A DNA stretch of 64,000 nucleotides from Candidatus Latescibacterota bacterium (lineage in GTDB: Bacteria; Latescibacterota; UBA2968; GCA-2709665): contig CBDCOX010000002.1 in assembly GCA_965219995.1 (NCBI GenBank), forward strand, positions 2,048,001 through 2,112,000. The letters run 5' to 3'. Numbering within the stretch: the first letter of the stretch is position 1; each line of letters starts with the position of its first letter. The notes under the pieces are model-generated. The model was not told where the DNA came from, searched no databases, and worked only from the letters and a program-made list of their open reading frames with translations. Shown piece by piece: positions 60,833 to 64,000 of this stretch. A program made the position numbers and the translations under genes.

Positions 60833-61966
60833 ATGAATCCACTTGAAGAAAGACTGAGTCGATTGGAGACGCGCGTAACGTGGTATCGCAATTTCAACGT
60901 CCTGCTGTGTCTCCTGCTGATAGCGGTCGTTACGGTAGCCGCAAAAGAGGGCGTATCGCCGTTTCAGACAAAAACAGTGACGGAAACCACAGCAATGGCC
61001 CAAGGCGAATACGGTGTGCAGGAATCGCCTGACAGAAACGTGCCAGAGTTGCTGTATCCGGATGAGACCTTCGCTGGCAAGGTTCCCGCGCAGGTTGAAG
61101 GGACGATTCGAACGAGGCGATTGGAGATTGTGAATGGGGATGGACAGACGGTTATCTTGCTGGCGACCAGTACCGACGGTGACGGCCTGATCTTCGTGAA
61201 TTCACCAGAGGACAATAACCTCGTCTATATCGGACCGTCAGCCTTGAACGGCAATGGCTTGGTGCATATCAACTCAGCACAAGGCAAGAACCTTATAGGT
61301 CTCGGATCAAATCCCGAGACGAATGATGGATTTATCCATATTAGAAACAGGAATGAAGAGGGTTTAATAAGTCTACAGACCGGTCAAAGCAACGGTTGGA
61401 TAAGAGTCGACAAGACCGGAAATGAAAATCTGGCGTATCTGGGCGCGAACACTTCGGGGCACGGTTTCTTAAGTCTGAGCAACAAATCGGGAAAAGGCCT
61501 GGTGGCAATGTTCGCCGATGAGACGTCTGGTGGCCTGGAACTGTCCAACAAGGACGATAAGAGGATTGCATTTCTGGGGACCGACATCGGTGGGGAAGGT
61601 TTATTGAAAATCAACTCAAAAACGGGTACGGAACTCATTACGGCAGGATCAAACGTCGAAGATAATGGACTGTTCAGGGTAAGCAATCGCTATGGCACCC
61701 TCGGGTTTTTCGTCATTGGTTCTGACGCACATGGCTATGCGGCAATTCAGGATAACCAGGAGAGGTTGCTTGCAGATCTGACGGCGACTGCATCCGGCAA
61801 CGGGCTTGTTCGCACGTTGTCCAGGCAGGGTATCACGACGTGGTCCAGCGCATCTGTTCAAGGCACCACAGTTTCAACGTCCTTGAGGGGTGATATGGAC
61901 GACGATGGCGACATTGATGGGGATGATTTCCTTATCTTTTCCGAAAACTTCGGCAAGAAAAAGTAA
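60833..61966 (+). CDS. Membrane-anchored beta-repeat protein, paralog of 57430-58632, with C-terminal half-dockerin
   Basis: LEERLSRLE coiled coil plus TM; TIRTRRLEIVN; ~10 repeats like NLAYLGANTSGHGFLSLSNKSGK; ends GDMDDDGDIDGDDFLIFSENFGK; GGAGGG RBS. Confidence 0.82.
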   Translation: MNPLEERLSRLETRVTWYRNFNVLLCLLLIAVVTVAAKEGVSPFQTKTVTETTAMAQGEYGVQESPDRNVPELLYPDETFAGKVPAQVEGTIRTRRLEIVNGDGQTVILLATSTDGDGLIFVNSPEDNNLVYIGPSALNGNGLVHINSAQGKNLIGLGSNPETNDGFIHIRNRNEEGLISLQTGQSNGWIRVDKTGNENLAYLGANTSGHGFLSLSNKSGKGLVAMFADETSGGLELSNKDDKRIAFLGTDIGGEGLLKINSKTGTELITAGSNVEDNGLFRVSNRYGTLGFFVIGSDAHGYAAIQDNQERLLADLTATASGNGLVRTLSRQGITTWSSASVQGTTVSTSLRGDMDDDGDIDGDDFLIFSENFGKKK

Positions 61967-61969
61967 GCC

Positions 61970-64000
61970 ATGATTCTCTTGTCAAGATCTCCCGGAAGCC
62001 GTTTTGTGATCCCTGCGTTCGTCTTGCTTTATTACGGCGGCTTGGCTTATGGATCGCCACCGATTGAGTACGTCAAGGAACACCACCCGCCGAAGCTGGA
62101 AGGCGTGCTGGCACGGATTCGAAAACACTGGACGGCACAAAAGCGGGCGCTGGCCAAGGCGACGGCGAGACAATATGGGGCTGCAAAAATCGTTGGTGAA
62201 AACATCACTGTCGTATTGGTGCCTCGCCATGGGAGACTTTCAGTTAGCATAGATTTCGCGGCTCTTTCCGACATCGGCGTTAGCATTGTCGCCCAATCGC
62301 GGCATCTATTGAAGGTGTCTACACCCATAGCAGCACTCGAGAGTTTGACACATGTGGACGGCGTTCAATTCGTGCGGTTGCCCATAGAACCCAACTTACG
62401 CATCGTTGAAAGCGAGGGCGTGGAACGCATCGGAGCGCAATTTTACTTAAGTGAGGGATTTTCGGGTCGGGAAGTCAAAGTCGGGGTTATCGATGTCGGT
62501 TTTGTCGGGGTACCTTCACTGCAGAATCGCGGCGAATTGCCGGCTTTGTCTTATCGGGATTTCACTGGCGAAGGGATTTTTACCGAAACAGAGCATGGAT
62601 CGGCCTGTGCTGAAATTGTATACGACATTGCTCCAAACGCTGAAATTGTCCTATATAAGGTGAGCGGCATGGTGAGTTTGGAGAACGCTAAGGATGCTGC
62701 AATCCAGGACGGCATGGATATTGTCACTGTTTCTTTGGGATGGGATTTCGCAAGGGGTTTTGGTGACGGTACAGGTATTGCGTGCGAAATTGTAGATGAC
62801 GCGTTTCAGAATAATGTTCTGTGGGTCAATGCTGCCGGAAACGAGGCACAGAGCAAGATCATTGCAGAATTAAACCCGGATGGCGATGGATTTCACAACT
62901 TTGATGCAGACGACCGGATCGTCAAATTAAAAAATCGTCAAACAGGTGATTTGTATTTGTCAACAGGAGATAAAGTAACAGCGGTGTTGACATGGAACGA
63001 ATGGCCGCTTACGTCTCACGACTACGATCTTCTGCTCGCAAAGATCAGGACAGACGGCACATCCGAGGTAGTTGCACTCGCAGACACCAAACAACGTCAG
63101 TCAGAGCCCTTCGAAGGTCTTGAATATGAGATTCGAGACTCGGGAACCTACGGTTTGGCGATTTGGAGGGCACCGGACGCGAAAGTTACCGAGTTCAAGT
63201 TGCTCAGCACAACCCATGATCTCGACGGGCCTGTATCCACTTCGGGCTCATTGAGTATACCGGGCGACGCGCGGGGCGCGCTGACCGTGGGGGCGATGCA
63301 TCACCGGGAATGGAGGACAGGACCGATTGCGGCGTACAGTTCTCGCGGTCCAACTGTTGATGGACGAACCAAGCCGGACCTCGTTGGTCCTGCTGGCGTT
63401 CTCACGATAAGCTATGGAGAATCAGGATACCACGGTACATCAGCGGCGACGCCGCACGTAGCCGGGGCCGCGGCGCTCCTGAAATCCTCCGATCCGGTGC
63501 ACTATAACGCCCAGAATCTATATGACGCGCTGGTGCAATCGACGGTCGATATGGGAGATCGGGGCCCCGATAACGTCTATGGCCACGGGCGATTGGATCT
63601 GTCGTTGGTTCCTCCCATTGGCAAGCCCGCTATGGAACTTTCACGTGACGTGCTGGATTTCGGCGCGGTTCTGTTGGGGTCGTCGCACACCCGGAACCTG
63701 AATATTGTCAACCCCGGTCGTGCGTCTCTTGTGATCACAAATATCCAGTTGCCGACCAGTGAGTACCGCATCTCAGAACCGACCTTTACCGTCGCGCCAG
63801 GGCGCAGCAATCGGATTGCCGTCACGTTTTCGCCCCAAAGCGAGGGTGATCAGTCTGGCAGCATGACCATTCTGAGCAATTTGCCACGGACCACCGTAAC
63901 GCTCCGGGCGCGAGGCGTGCGGCAAGCCGTTGTTCCGGTTCCTCGGATTGCGGTCGATGGGTCAGCGCGCAGTTTTGGCGTTGTCGACGTCGGCGGTTCG
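61970..64000 (+). CDS. Secreted S8 protease with C-terminal ASH/choice-of-anchor-D-like Ig domains, 3'-truncated by the window edge
   Basis: My translation from ATG 61970 stays open to the window end: VGVIDVG, EHGSACAE, NAAGN, YSSRGP...KPD, GTSAATPHVAG, then LDFG.V.......I.N.G...L.I. Confidence 0.88.
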   Translation, partial: MILLSRSPGSRFVIPAFVLLYYGGLAYGSPPIEYVKEHHPPKLEGVLARIRKHWTAQKRALAKATARQYGAAKIVGENITVVLVPRHGRLSVSIDFAALSDIGVSIVAQSRHLLKVSTPIAALESLTHVDGVQFVRLPIEPNLRIVESEGVERIGAQFYLSEGFSGREVKVGVIDVGFVGVPSLQNRGELPALSYRDFTGEGIFTETEHGSACAEIVYDIAPNAEIVLYKVSGMVSLENAKDAAIQDGMDIVTVSLGWDFARGFGDGTGIACEIVDDAFQNNVLWVNAAGNEAQSKIIAELNPDGDGFHNFDADDRIVKLKNRQTGDLYLSTGDKVTAVLTWNEWPLTSHDYDLLLAKIRTDGTSEVVALADTKQRQSEPFEGLEYEIRDSGTYGLAIWRAPDAKVTEFKLLSTTHDLDGPVSTSGSLSIPGDARGALTVGAMHHREWRTGPIAAYSSRGPTVDGRTKPDLVGPAGVLTISYGESGYHGTSAATPHVAGAAALLKSSDPVHYNAQNLYDALVQSTVDMGDRGPDNVYGHGRLDLSLVPPIGKPAMELSRDVLDFGAVLLGSSHTRNLNIVNPGRASLVITNIQLPTSEYRISEPTFTVAPGRSNRIAVTFSPQSEGDQSGSMTILSNLPRTTVTLRARGVRQAVVPVPRIAVDGSARSFGVVDVGGS

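Overview
High-GC bacterial chromosomal window, densely coded, with about 57 CDS. I could not recognise any rRNA, tRNA, CRISPR array or transposase. It holds a housekeeping operon (yicC-gmk-rpoZ-coaBC-udg-dnaB) extended by kptA, a DacZ-type diadenylate cyclase, DUF1854 and a GT-C glycosyltransferase. There are many catabolic genes (Gfo/Idh/MocA, PhyH dioxygenases, enolase-superfamily dehydratases, a heparinase II/III-like protein) plus prs, nagB, acpP, a Re-citrate-synthase-like enzyme, futalosine-pathway mqnB/mqnD, kbl and a tandem queF + degenerate queF pair. Two ~96% identical copies of a 160-bp MITE are present; one has a 4-bp target duplication and rewrites a gene's C-terminus. The right end (57.4-64 kb) is more AT-rich. 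It encodes two paralogous membrane-anchored ~23-aa beta-repeat proteins ending in a single EF-hand 'half-dockerin', a Sel1 protein with duplicated Ig-like domains flanked by REP-like motifs, and an S8 protease missed by the ORF track because it runs off the window. A second S8 protease at 12-16 kb carries the same tag as a full double dockerin. This is the best candidate for an undescribed surface-display/assembly system. Gene content and the DFD.DG.VDF.DFL.FA..FG tags suggest a Latescibacterota/Gemmatimonadota-like lineage (inference only). All family calls come from motif recognition by eye; no database searches were run.
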